Source: a virus (taxonomy: Duplodnaviria; Caudoviricetes). Taken from it: a stretch of 41,440 nt of DNA. Under the pieces are notes generated by a model. It saw only the letters and a program-made list of their open reading frames with translations. It was not told where the DNA came from and did not search any database. Numbering within the stretch: the first letter of the stretch is position 1; each line of letters begins with the position of its first letter. The DNA is taken from the IMG/VR virus record IMGVR_UViG_3300030397_000570, positions 1 through 41,440 of that record; one strand, given 5' to 3'. The position numbers and the translations under genes were made by a program. Of this stretch, positions 1 to 8,968 are shown one piece after another.

Positions 1-242
1 GTCACGATCTGAAAGTATTGATTAGGATTGAGTCCCGTCACTTCCCAAGTGCCATCTGGGTTAGATATCCCGCGATAGATTATATGTCCTGTGGTTTTTT
101 GGATTATGAAAAACTTCGCCTTTGATTCAACCCCATTTCTTCTTATTATGAAAAGTGGGGAGTTTGCAGAACCTAATCTACCGTGACCACTAGCTCCGGT
201 TGTAGGTGAAAATGGTTGATAAATAAATGAACCTATAAGCAT
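1..242 (-). CDS. Partial small virion/tail-fibre-associated protein (runs off window start)
   Basis: Not in ORF track; ATG at 242, 9 nt after the stop of 252..1304; reads MLIGSFIYQPFSPTTG...YRGISNPDGTWEVTGLNPNQYFQIV, open to position 1; the S..DGTW...GL.P pattern is typical of small beta-sandwich proteins following tail-fibre genes. Confidence 0.7.
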   Translation of the reverse strand, partial: MLIGSFIYQPFSPTTGASGHGRLGSANSPLFIIRRNGVESKAKFFIIQKTTGHIIYRGISNPDGTWEVTGLNPNQYFQIV

Positions 243-251
243 CGCCTGACC

Positions 252-1304
252 TCACCAATTTTCCCAATCACTCGTTATGTCTATCATGTATGCAAAATTT
301 CCACCAGTGGAATTACTTGCACCAAAGTAATAATTTCCCCAAATAAGTGCAAAGTCCGCTAACTGTTTCCCGTTGTTCAACCCAGACAAAACATCAAAGT
401 TGTTGTATGGGGATATGCCCTGACGATACTCGTTGTATGTTAGAGCATTCAATGGATTAACTATTCCCGGCAAATACCCTCGCCTCTGGAATATAAGATT
501 TCCACTACTCGCTTCGGCAAAAATTTCCAATCTGGAATACGGCAAACTTCCGGTTATCAAATCGGGATCTCCGGTAGATCCTAATTCGTGTGCACCGTTG
601 TTTCTATGGGATATGCTGGTATTAGTAGAAACCGTATTAGTAGAACATATCAAATATCCACTATCACCATTGATAGTTCCGTCAAATGATTTGGCTAATG
701 CATATAACAATTGATTTCCGACTGAAAAATCTGTTTCGTTGCTAGCCCAATACCCAATGCCTGCCGCCGCTAGTCCAGAAGATACCGAATAATCGGAAAG
801 ACTTGGACATCTACCAGACGCAATCATGAAAGTTCCCGGATCGTTTGCAGAATAAGGTATAAAATCGCCAGCACAATAAGTTCTATACCCAGTTGACCGA
901 TCTACACGATCGTTCCATGTACCAAAATAAAAGAATGTATCAGTGCCAATAAAATAATACTCTCTGGGCGTATTGTCCAAGGTCGAACTTTTTGCCCATG
1001 CGCGTTCTTGTAATGTCGGAAATTCTCTAGTACCAACTCCTAGTGCAGACATGGTTTCAAATCCTCTCACCCGAGCAAATCTAGCGTCCCTAGAATGATC
1101 TGCTGAATTGTCATCTATTTGCAGATAGTATCCGCTTCCAGTTAGTGGGTTGTTTCTGAAAGCAATAGTGTCTACTCCATTATCAAATTCTATTGTCCAC
1201 CCCAATTGTGGAAGTGCCCACTTTACGACATTATATAAACTGCCGTCTGTTCCGTTCAGAACCGGCGCACCGGGATCTGTTTCTCTTAATATGACTGGAA
1301 CCAT
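252..1304 (-). CDS. Putative tail fibre/tail-associated structural protein
   Basis: 350 aa; N-terminal TDPGAPVLNG..GSL..V motif recalled from phage tail-associated proteins; TATAAATA late promoter at 1338-1345. Confidence 0.6.
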   Translation of the reverse strand: MVPVILRETDPGAPVLNGTDGSLYNVVKWALPQLGWTIEFDNGVDTIAFRNNPLTGSGYYLQIDDNSADHSRDARFARVRGFETMSALGVGTREFPTLQERAWAKSSTLDNTPREYYFIGTDTFFYFGTWNDRVDRSTGYRTYCAGDFIPYSANDPGTFMIASGRCPSLSDYSVSSGLAAAGIGYWASNETDFSVGNQLLYALAKSFDGTINGDSGYLICSTNTVSTNTSISHRNNGAHELGSTGDPDLITGSLPYSRLEIFAEASSGNLIFQRRGYLPGIVNPLNALTYNEYRQGISPYNNFDVLSGLNNGKQLADFALIWGNYYFGASNSTGGNFAYMIDITSDWENW

Positions 1305-1337
1305 ACTCTTTGTGTCTCTTTATAAATTAACCGTAGT

Positions 1338-1345
1338 TATTTATA
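1338..1345 (-). promoter_or_regulatory. T4-type late promoter TATAAATA
   Basis: TATTTATA on + strand, 33 nt upstream of the 1304 start. Confidence 0.75.
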
Positions 1346-1425
1346 GTAGTAGGACGCCTCTGTTGTTCTTTCAGCCGCGCTTTATGTTTTGTTAAATAGT
1401 GTTTATATAGTAGAAGAGAGATAAA

Positions 1426-3195
1426 ATGAAACTACTAAAAGGAAAACTATTTTTAGATAGCGCCACGGGGAAGTTGGAGTTCCATTATCATGGAGAAAAC
1501 GGTGAGCAAACGCTCATGATCAACACAGTTAAAACGGACGAGCTACCTGAATTTGGGCGCTCAATTGAGGCGTTGATAACTGAACCAGAAAATGACATCA
1601 TTGATTGGCAATATCAATTAACCGATATTCCCACACACTCTACTAGAGATATTGTTATCTCAGTTGGATGGGGTCATACCGATACAGAAGAGATTTCACA
1701 CGAACAAGCTGACGAGTGGGCAAACATACTAGCCTCCGAAGCCAGAAGAATTGGGCGCGAGAAATGGAATGTACTAGCTTATGGTGCCGGGTATAGAGAT
1801 TCTGGGTATTCTGGGTTAATGAAAGTCAAGTGGCAAGATTTGGCTAGCGCTGTTAATGAAAGATACCCAGACAGACCTGATAACACTCATTCGACTACCA
1901 TACTTCCCGGCGCTTCAGTATCATTATGCGGGCAGGCTATATTAGGCGGCACGATCAGTTTTAGCCGGAGAGAGTGTGCGACGTTTGGAATGAAGACTCC
2001 TATCCACGAGGCATTAGGACATTCTATAATGGGACTTGAACATGCTGCCAAAGGTAGTTCAGAGTATGGAGAAAGTGACACGTGGATGGGAAGCTCTTCC
2101 AGTTCTAATAGAGAGTTTAGTACTCCACATTTATATCAGGCTGGATTGGTGGAACACAATAATGTTCTAACATTAGTTGCTGGCGAGTCTGTAGAAACGT
2201 GGCTAGTTCAGGGTCACACACAGGCTCAGGCCATGAGATTAGGTGAAAACAAAGCAGTGATTTGTCATGTGGCATCAACTGGCGTTACACGTAGAATTAT
2301 GGTCAGCTATTATAAAAATACCATAAGAATCCACAGGCCGGGATTCGGGGCAACAACTAATTGGGTTAGGACTGATTTGCTGGCCAAATTAAGAAGGGCT
2401 GGAGAAACTTTTGAAACCAACGGGGTGACTGTTGAAGTATTAGAATTGTCCCTGTCCGGAGGCAAGGTGCGAGTGTATAATCAGACGACCTCCCTTCCTA
2501 GACAAGCGCCCAATCCAGTATGGGCCGAACCGGGTCAAGACAGTCCAGTAATCGGAGATTGGGCGCGTGGACAGTGGGGGCACCCTGAGTGGGCCACGGT
2601 CCAAGGAATTCATTTTGGTATGACTTCTACAGGGAAACCGGTTCTGCACTGGCTGACGTGGAACGACCGTATTGCCGGAACACATGAATGGTATTGGGCC
2701 GTATGCGACTTGCAAAATAATGGGCGGCTGGTTACTGGAGACCTTTTAACAGCCGACCACTATGGCCGAGTATCAACTGTGGGAACTGTGAGAGGTTATT
2801 GGTATAACAACAGCGAGGGCATCATTAGAGTGGAATTCGCTAACGGTGACCGGGCTACATGTCCAATTCGTCGAGTATTTCAGGCTCACCCAGATAGTAG
2901 GGCAGGGTATTACGGGATTGGAAATGCTCAAGGCTTAACCTTGAGTCTTAACCAGAGTGGCCACGGGTTGGCCTACTGGTTGTCTCACGAAAATTCTCGC
3001 CAGATATGGAGAATGTGTATTGGAAGCCTAGACAGTATGATCGTATATGAAGTGGAAGGAGGTCAACGGTCAGTTAAAGCCCCATTCAAAATTCGGCCAA
3101 CCGGAACCGCGACGATTAGTAATAATGCCGATACCTTTACCATAAACTTAGATGGTAAAACAAGTGATCAGCGTACTATGAGAAAGCTGGCCTAA
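1426..3195 (+). CDS. Zinc metallopeptidase (M11 gametolysin-like) with duplicated C-terminal beta domain
   Basis: 589 aa; HEALGHSIMGLEH followed by EYGESDTWMG; C-terminal half has two related units (GQWGHP..QGI..HWLTW / GYYG..QGL..YWLSH); TAAATA at 1393-1398. Confidence 0.6.
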   Translation: MKLLKGKLFLDSATGKLEFHYHGENGEQTLMINTVKTDELPEFGRSIEALITEPENDIIDWQYQLTDIPTHSTRDIVISVGWGHTDTEEISHEQADEWANILASEARRIGREKWNVLAYGAGYRDSGYSGLMKVKWQDLASAVNERYPDRPDNTHSTTILPGASVSLCGQAILGGTISFSRRECATFGMKTPIHEALGHSIMGLEHAAKGSSEYGESDTWMGSSSSSNREFSTPHLYQAGLVEHNNVLTLVAGESVETWLVQGHTQAQAMRLGENKAVICHVASTGVTRRIMVSYYKNTIRIHRPGFGATTNWVRTDLLAKLRRAGETFETNGVTVEVLELSLSGGKVRVYNQTTSLPRQAPNPVWAEPGQDSPVIGDWARGQWGHPEWATVQGIHFGMTSTGKPVLHWLTWNDRIAGTHEWYWAVCDLQNNGRLVTGDLLTADHYGRVSTVGTVRGYWYNNSEGIIRVEFANGDRATCPIRRVFQAHPDSRAGYYGIGNAQGLTLSLNQSGHGLAYWLSHENSRQIWRMCIGSLDSMIVYEVEGGQRSVKAPFKIRPTGTATISNNADTFTINLDGKTSDQRTMRKLA

Positions 3196-3206
3196 AAACG
3201 GCTGTC

Positions 3207-3833
3207 TCATGTTTTGATCTTTGATATGTTGTGGCCCATTCCTATCCCCGGCCTTCCGGGGTATCCCTTAATTCCAATAACTCCGTGACTGAAAGGATAT
3301 ATCTTTTTGCTCCCACATTTTTGGTAACGCCATAAATTTATGTCGATAGCGTTTTGGTACTTGCTTAAAATTTTTTTGAACGTATGGAGTGCTGACCCTT
3401 TCATCGCAGTAGAACATAGGCTAGCGTGGTCTCTATTATTCATCATCTTTTCTGTACCATCCAAGTGTCTATACAAACTAGGGGCCTCCCCCACGAGGTC
3501 ATGGGTTTCCAACCACCCAACACATCTACTGATCCACCACGAGGCATAGCAATCGTCATCTTCTACAATAACCACCTTATCATTGTCGAAATCTACCATT
3601 TTTAAGCCTTCCAACAGATTTCTGGCTTGAGTATTTTGGCCCGGTTTCCAAAATGGCTCTGGCCTAATCACTGAAATCTTCCAGTTTTCAACTTCAGGAA
3701 CGGCTGAAGGCGTTCTTCCATCATCAACGATGATCCATTTAACTGGACCTTTGTAATCTTGTTTCTTCATATACTTGATACAATTCGCCCAAGCTTCTGG
3801 ACGCTCTCCGGTAGGCGTGATCACGACTATCAT
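3207..3833 (-). CDS. GT2/GT-A fold glycosyltransferase
   Basis: VITPTGERP, WIIVDDG and VEDDD motifs; start placed at ATG 3833, overlapping the upstream stop (ATGA). Confidence 0.8.
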   Translation of the reverse strand: MIVVITPTGERPEAWANCIKYMKKQDYKGPVKWIIVDDGRTPSAVPEVENWKISVIRPEPFWKPGQNTQARNLLEGLKMVDFDNDKVVIVEDDDCYASWWISRCVGWLETHDLVGEAPSLYRHLDGTEKMMNNRDHASLCSTAMKGSALHTFKKILSKYQNAIDINLWRYQKCGSKKIYPFSHGVIGIKGYPGRPGIGMGHNISKIKT

Positions 3834-4519
3834 CTGATAGCTTTCCACCAATTAATAGAATTGAAAATCTGGGTCTGCACGTTGCTCCTGTTACGATACT
3901 TTGAATATAAAGTGGACTTTTCATCTTGAGGGAGAGGTTTAAGATAGTTCTCTCCATGCTCTATAACAATTCTTTTTTTACCTTGTTGGTGAGCTTGCCA
4001 AGAGACATATATGTCGTCCATAAAATAGTATTTGAACTTTGTGAGATCGATTCTGATTTTGTCGGTGTTCCAACAGCTTACTCCATTTCCTATAACCTCT
4101 ACTTCGGTGTCTCCGACCTTTTTTTCTTTGAAATGGTAATATTCTCTATAGTCTAAAAAATAATTTTTGACTTTCTTGTTTGGAGTGAATAATCTTCCAT
4201 GATGCGACACGATGACATCATTCGAATATTGATCAAGTTTGTCTAACGTGTATCGAACGTAATCTGCCGGATATAATATATCGTCGTCAACGCAAAAATA
4301 GTATTCCCCTCTTCTCATTGCCCAGAACAGTTTTCCTGAAGACTGTAAGTCTTTTCCTAAGACGGTTTTAATTTTTTTATCTAATAATTCCTTTGGAACT
4401 GTGCTATATTTGTTTAGATAAATTCTTATTTCATCCACCTGATCATACAGGGAGTCTACAACCTGTAAACAGGTGTCTAATCTAGTAGGAAAAGTTGCCA
4501 TGTTTGCGGTTATTTTCAT
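3830..4519 (-). CDS. GT-A fold glycosyltransferase
   Basis: MATFPTR..SL.DQVD, FCVDDDILYPADY and MDDIYVS motifs. Confidence 0.8.
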   Translation of the reverse strand: MKITANMATFPTRLDTCLQVVDSLYDQVDEIRIYLNKYSTVPKELLDKKIKTVLGKDLQSSGKLFWAMRRGEYYFCVDDDILYPADYVRYTLDKLDQYSNDVIVSHHGRLFTPNKKVKNYFLDYREYYHFKEKKVGDTEVEVIGNGVSCWNTDKIRIDLTKFKYYFMDDIYVSWQAHQQGKKRIVIEHGENYLKPLPQDEKSTLYSKYRNRSNVQTQIFNSINWWKAIR

Positions 4520-6000
4520 TTTTTGTTGACTTTTTGGAATAGTTTAAATTCAGAAAAACTGGTCGAGCTTTGGTCTTTACCCGGCGAATACCTATAAGGA
4601 TTGGTCCATCGAGAAACCAGAGTAAAATCTGGAGCATTCTTTTGTATCCAATCGCTGTATTTTCTATGTTTAACATGTGGAGATAGTTTTTCTCCCGGCT
4701 CCGGGTCTCTGTCAGAAGAATAGATTAGCACAAATTTTTCAGAACAATTAAGCAGATTTTGCATATATGTATCAAAAACTTCGTCCTCTATAAGGTGAAA
4801 TATTACGTCCAATGACAATGTGAGCGAGGATGAAACATTATTTAAAAGCTCGGTCGGCTGTAACGTATGGAAGTTCCAACCACGATGTTTATATTTGTTA
4901 TTACAGTACTGGACCATCTTTTCCGAAACGTCAAATCCAATATAACTTTCAACGTTGAACAAACTGCATTGATATCCGTCACCGGAACCGAACTCTATCA
5001 TTTTATCAATATGATACTTTTTTATGATCTCATTAACAACACTCGCTTTGTAGTATGCTAACTTCCCTCTAGATCCTTGCCCGGAATGGCCTCCAGTCTC
5101 ATAGCGTGATATCCAATATGAAGTGCTATTAAAATCATCGAGAGTTCGACTGGTCTCTTCCTGTTCGACCTGCGGACTCGTATTATCGTCTGTGTCTTCT
5201 TCGCCCAAAATCAACTGACATTCCACCGGCCTTATTTCAACCGGTCTAACCGTTTTATAGTACCCCGTTTCATTTCTGCGATCTATAGTTTTCGCGATTT
5301 CCCTTCTCTTCTCGGACTGTGGATTTGTTTCAGGGTGTTGTGTTAACGAATTACCATGTATTCTTCGATAAAACATTGGCGTGTTTACATGGTGTATTTT
5401 GAAATGTCGCTCTGAACGAAAACAAAAGTCGCTGTCTGCCCCACACAACCATTCCTCATACCCTCCTAACACCTCATGAACTCTTCTTTTATGACATCCA
5501 ACTCCATCACTGACTTTAGGCTTTGCGACTGGCGGACTTCCTTTTTTGACATTCATGTATTTTATTTTGCATATGTCATATCCACCTTTCATTGCTCTAT
5601 CTACTACATCTAACAGTCCGGGCTTCATGTAATCATCAGAGTCAAAAAAGAAAAGAAAATCTGCCTCTGCTTTCGATATCAGGGTATTTCTGACAATGTA
5701 TGGTCCTCGACGCTCCTTGAAAAAGTAAACTTTGAGCTTTGGGTATTTTGAAGACACCGATATCAACTTGTTCAGGGTATCTTCGCATGAATCCACGCCT
5801 ATCAAAACCTCTTGTAGTAGTGACGGGCTTCTTTTGAAAAGAGATTGCCCGTAGATAGAGTCTAGGCATTCTTCTATAAATTGAGCAGATTTATATGCTG
5901 GGATAATAAAGCTATAAGAGCTTTCAGTTGAATGGTTGGTAGGTTTTAATGGGCTTTTCGTCACGCTTTTTGTTGTTCTGATCCTGTCGGATATCTTCAT
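4516..6000 (-). CDS. GT2 glycosyltransferase fused to class I SAM-dependent methyltransferase
   Basis: N-half IIPAYKS..IEECLDS, FFDSDD, GADSDF; C-half YW..RY..GG.SG.GS, EFGSGDG, IGFDVS, SLDVIFHL. Confidence 0.8.
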   Translation of the reverse strand: MKISDRIRTTKSVTKSPLKPTNHSTESSYSFIIPAYKSAQFIEECLDSIYGQSLFKRSPSLLQEVLIGVDSCEDTLNKLISVSSKYPKLKVYFFKERRGPYIVRNTLISKAEADFLFFFDSDDYMKPGLLDVVDRAMKGGYDICKIKYMNVKKGSPPVAKPKVSDGVGCHKRRVHEVLGGYEEWLCGADSDFCFRSERHFKIHHVNTPMFYRRIHGNSLTQHPETNPQSEKRREIAKTIDRRNETGYYKTVRPVEIRPVECQLILGEEDTDDNTSPQVEQEETSRTLDDFNSTSYWISRYETGGHSGQGSRGKLAYYKASVVNEIIKKYHIDKMIEFGSGDGYQCSLFNVESYIGFDVSEKMVQYCNNKYKHRGWNFHTLQPTELLNNVSSSLTLSLDVIFHLIEDEVFDTYMQNLLNCSEKFVLIYSSDRDPEPGEKLSPHVKHRKYSDWIQKNAPDFTLVSRWTNPYRYSPGKDQSSTSFSEFKLFQKVNKK

Positions 6001-6024
6001 ATAGCTTAAAACATGTCATGCGTT

Positions 6025-6711
6025 TTATTTATGTGATGACAAGCTAAAATATTCTTGAAAGGGTCTCCGTTGTGGAGGATTTGCACTTTTTATCAAGACA
6101 TTTATTTTTTCTTTGAATTCATCCAAACAATAGTTGAAAGACAACTGATCTCTTTTACTAGGTAAAGAAGTGTAGGTAGAATACCAAAAGTCTAAAAACG
6201 GGATCGCTTTAGTTATATTGTTAATCACAATTACCCCTGTTTCACACAGTCCGTTCTTTTTAGGATAGCCCATGTTCTCAAGAATTTTAATGTGCTCTTT
6301 GACCGCCAGCTTTTCATCTTTTTTTAATCGAATGATTTCTTCGGCCTCTCTGTATATACAATCCCGGTCCGGGTGCTTGCCCACAATCATATCGAAACCA
6401 CGATCTATTTGGATGGAAGGAAAGCGTGAAGTGATTTTGTAGCTACCATCCAATAAAATATAACTATCATATTTTAGATCGATATACCTGTAAAATTGCA
6501 TTGAAAGATAGCACGCTCGCCTTTTAGGGCATGTAATGTCCATCGATTCGGGAACCTTAACAGTTGTCCATATAGAATTGGTTGATTGAGTCAGATGTCC
6601 GTCTGTCAAACAGATATAGTCCCAGCCTTCGGCCATCTTTACAGGTTCTTTAAGTGTATCGTAATTTCCTGTTATATACGTTATTACGCAAGATCGAGAC
6701 GTTTGACTCAT
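6025..6711 (-). CDS. DUF616 (TOD1/MUCI70-like) glycosyltransferase-like protein
   Basis: TYITGNYDTL.EP, DYICLTD, HPDRDCIY.EA and RDQLSFNY motifs; start placed at ATG 6711 because the track's extension to 6828 crosses an insertion junction. Confidence 0.8.
   Translation of the reverse strand: MSQTSRSCVITYITGNYDTLKEPVKMAEGWDYICLTDGHLTQSTNSIWTTVKVPESMDITCPKRRACYLSMQFYRYIDLKYDSYILLDGSYKITSRFPSIQIDRGFDMIVGKHPDRDCIYREAEEIIRLKKDEKLAVKEHIKILENMGYPKKNGLCETGVIVINNITKAIPFLDFWYSTYTSLPSKRDQLSFNYCLDEFKEKINVLIKSANPPQRRPFQEYFSLSSHK
6026..6032 (-). promoter_or_regulatory. Late-promoter-like ATAAATA upstream of the GT2-MTase operon
   Basis: TATTTAT overlapping the stop of the upstream gene, 25 nt before the 6000 start. 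Confidence 0.55.
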
Positions 6712-6759
6712 CCTAATATCACGCGGCGGAGACCCCGGCTTCAGCCGGGGGTGGTTGAC
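6712..6759 (-). mobile_element. Collapsed IS200/IS605 (IscB-type) end element: 5' end, hairpin and 3'-end-like tail
   Basis: Minus strand GTCAACCACCCCCGGCTGAAGCCGGGGTCTCCGCCGCGTGATATTAGG|ATGA; hairpin CCCCGGC-TGAA-GCCGGGG; GTCAACYACCCC resembles the recalled 5' end of IscB/HEARO elements. Confidence 0.65.
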
Positions 6760-7222
6760 TATCGATAATCCCCAAAAACACATCAAACTCGATGATACAA
6801 GCATCCCTGTAGACAATATGAGAGACATCCATGTTCTCGATCAATGATCGTGCAAGTGCTATATAGGTTCCCTTCCGATTGACTTTCATCACCAACATCG
6901 GGTGCTTGTCGGCGAACTCGGCATCACTCTTTGCCTGTTCCCACCATTCATCGAAGAGTATCGAAGACCCCGAAAGAAAGTGATGGAACTTGGGTTCGTC
7001 GTTATGGAACTTGCACTCGATGGAGAACGGGAACCAAGAAGGGGTGATGAGATCACCGCTCAGAATGTCTTTTGCGTCTTCTCTGATGTCATGATGCTTG
7101 ACTCTGTTCTTGCCCCCGACGAATGCGCCCGATGTTGGAACTCTTTCGTCGAAAAACTCACTCAATCGCTTTGCCATCTCAAGCTCGAAGCGATTGCCCT
7201 TCTTCTTGCTGTTGACTGTCAT
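6719..7222 (-). CDS. Hjc-like Holliday junction resolvase (PD-(D/E)xK); C-terminus derived from the repeat
   Basis: NSKKKGNRFE, RVPTSGAFVGG, GDL..P and SIECK motifs; last residues SQPPPAEAGVSAA are encoded by the hairpin element. Confidence 0.85.
   Translation of the reverse strand: MTVNSKKKGNRFELEMAKRLSEFFDERVPTSGAFVGGKNRVKHHDIREDAKDILSGDLITPSWFPFSIECKFHNDEPKFHHFLSGSSILFDEWWEQAKSDAEFADKHPMLVMKVNRKGTYIALARSLIENMDVSHIVYRDACIIEFDVFLGIIDSQPPPAEAGVSAA
6742..6760. repeat. 19-nt direct repeat, copy 1 (CAGCCGGGGGTGGTTGACT)
   Basis: Identical to 8969-8987. Confidence 0.95.
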
Positions 7223-7253
7223 GAAGGCATTCCCGTGTTAAGTTGACACATGG

Positions 7254-7278
7254 TTATTTAGAGTCATTATTATAAATA
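7254..7278. promoter_or_regulatory. Divergent late promoters (TAAATAA on -, TATAAATA on +)
   Basis: TTATTTA at 7254-7260 and TATAAATA at 7271-7278, between divergent genes. Confidence 0.7.
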
Positions 7279-7283
7279 GAAGC

Positions 7284-8228
7284 ATGAAAATTCAAAAGAT
7301 CATGGAACTCTTGGAAGAGGCGAAATTCCGCAAACCCGTCATCATGTATCACGGTACGTCTTCGGCGTTTCTGCGTGAAATCCTGAAGAAAGGCATTATT
7401 CCGAACTCAAGGAATGCCGTGTTCGACCATGACGAAGAAGCAACTCCCGATGCCCCTTCCAACAGAACGGTCGGAGGGACTTACTGGACCAAAAACCTTT
7501 TGACCGCATCGAAACATGCTTCTCTTGCCAGACAAAAGTTCTGGGGCGACAAGTTGTATGTTATAGCACAGATCGCCGAACTTTCTGCATTCTCGGACGA
7601 GGACGATGTGGTGTTCAAGATCAACCGTGCCTTCTCGAAGACCATCAAGGAAGTCTTCGGGGTGATAAAGGATGCCTATCATGTCTATATCCCGATTCTG
7701 TTCGATGACAAGAATGTGTACAGGAAGGCACTGAACACCTTCATCGAGTCAGTTCATGAAATTCTCGGTACGGAGAACCAACCCGTTCCTCGCAATCTCC
7801 TGATCGAACTGTTCGAGGCGCACATCGAACGCATCTATGCCTATGTGGGCAATGAGGACACCCGGTTTTATGACATGAGACTGGGAGAGAGGATGAGAGA
7901 GATCGAGAATCCACCGGAACCGATGGACATGGGCGATGCCGAACGTCGCTATTCAATCGTTCTGGACAAACTCACAAGGCATTACACCAAGTTCGCCAGA
8001 CAATCGGATTCCGAGATTGGTCATTCGGTCAGGGTGACGGAACCCGTGACCTATCGTGGGTCAAACAGGATCATTGCTATCATTACGGAAACCGACAAGG
8101 GACAACTTCTTCTGAACTATGGCGATGTCCCGATGAAGTTCATCGAGGACTACAAACGCCACATCAATCACAACTTCCCCGGTATCGTCGATGCGGAGAC
8201 TGGCGAGTACGTCGTAGACCCCGAATAA
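7284..8228 (+). CDS. Putative ADP-ribosyltransferase-fold protein, possibly virion-packaged
   Basis: MYHGTS...ILKKGIIP, GTYWTKNL..A..HA ART-like strands; MKI..IMELLEE leader; late promoter 5 nt upstream. Confidence 0.5.
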   Translation: MKIQKIMELLEEAKFRKPVIMYHGTSSAFLREILKKGIIPNSRNAVFDHDEEATPDAPSNRTVGGTYWTKNLLTASKHASLARQKFWGDKLYVIAQIAELSAFSDEDDVVFKINRAFSKTIKEVFGVIKDAYHVYIPILFDDKNVYRKALNTFIESVHEILGTENQPVPRNLLIELFEAHIERIYAYVGNEDTRFYDMRLGERMREIENPPEPMDMGDAERRYSIVLDKLTRHYTKFARQSDSEIGHSVRVTEPVTYRGSNRIIAIITETDKGQLLLNYGDVPMKFIEDYKRHINHNFPGIVDAETGEYVVDPE

Positions 8229-8258
8229 AAGAAGGGCGAGGTTCTCCCCCGCCCTTCT
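8227..8258. terminator. Intrinsic terminator between convergent genes
   Basis: AGAAGGGCG...CGCCCTTCT stem with flanking A-run. Confidence 0.75.
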
Positions 8259-8279
8259 CGCATCAACAACGAATGAACA

Positions 8280-8570
8280 TTACTCGTCGTCTTCGGCCTG
8301 AACAAGACCAAGGATTTCGAGGAATGCAACGATATCCTCGATCTTGCTCACCTCCTCCGAGGCATTCTGCTTGTAACAGATCGATACCATCTTGTTGAAG
8401 ACTGCCGGTTTGATTTCGGCGATCTCCTTGACATGTTTGGCGATCTCCTTGAGGTGATCCCGTTCGGCATCGATCCGATAGAGGCTGTTGATCGACTCCT
8501 TGATGGCATTGGTGATCTGTTCACGAACATCCGGGGGGATTTGTGTGAACATCGAATCCGAAACACTCAT
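8280..8570 (-). CDS. T4 DsbA-like double-stranded DNA-binding protein
   Basis: 96 aa helical; AIKE...RIDAERD.LKEI...FNKM....YKQN pattern of the phage DsbA family; GGAG RBS. Confidence 0.75.
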   Translation of the reverse strand: MSVSDSMFTQIPPDVREQITNAIKESINSLYRIDAERDHLKEIAKHVKEIAEIKPAVFNKMVSICYKQNASEEVSKIEDIVAFLEILGLVQAEDDE

Positions 8571-8591
8571 CTTGCTTTCTCCTTTCGAGTT

Positions 8592-8968
8592 TTATGACAA
8601 AGGTTGTACATCCCGTACCATGTCTTCCAGTTCCTTTACGATTGCTCGTGCCTTGACAAACTGTTCGTGGTCCCGAGTCTCGTCCGCGATCTTCAAGGCC
8701 CTCAACAACGTCTTCACGAGTTCTTCCGCAGCGACGATGTGATGACGATCTCCGTCCGCCTTGTACATCTTCAAGGAATTCCGAAGATGACGCTTGATAT
8801 CGTCTTCGACGGATATGATAACACCCGGATGAAAGAGTGCAAGCTCATCACGTTCCTGAACTATAACATCGTACAGATACTCTTTCTCGACAAGGACAGA
8901 GAGAACAAACGCTGCCTGATCGTCTGTCGCATCAAAGTGTCTGTGACCATGATAGATGAAGTCTTCCA
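8592..8968 (-). pseudogene. Hypothetical gene, probably 5'-truncated at the repeat junction
   Basis: The frame is open into the repeat and the tRNA; the track's N-terminus is encoded by tRNA and repeat sequence; no RBS-linked native start seen. Confidence 0.55.

Noticed and set aside
6712-6828. N-terminal 39-aa extension of the DUF616 ORF in the track
   Set aside because: It crosses the insertion junction and overlaps the Hjc gene; ATG 6711 fits the domain start
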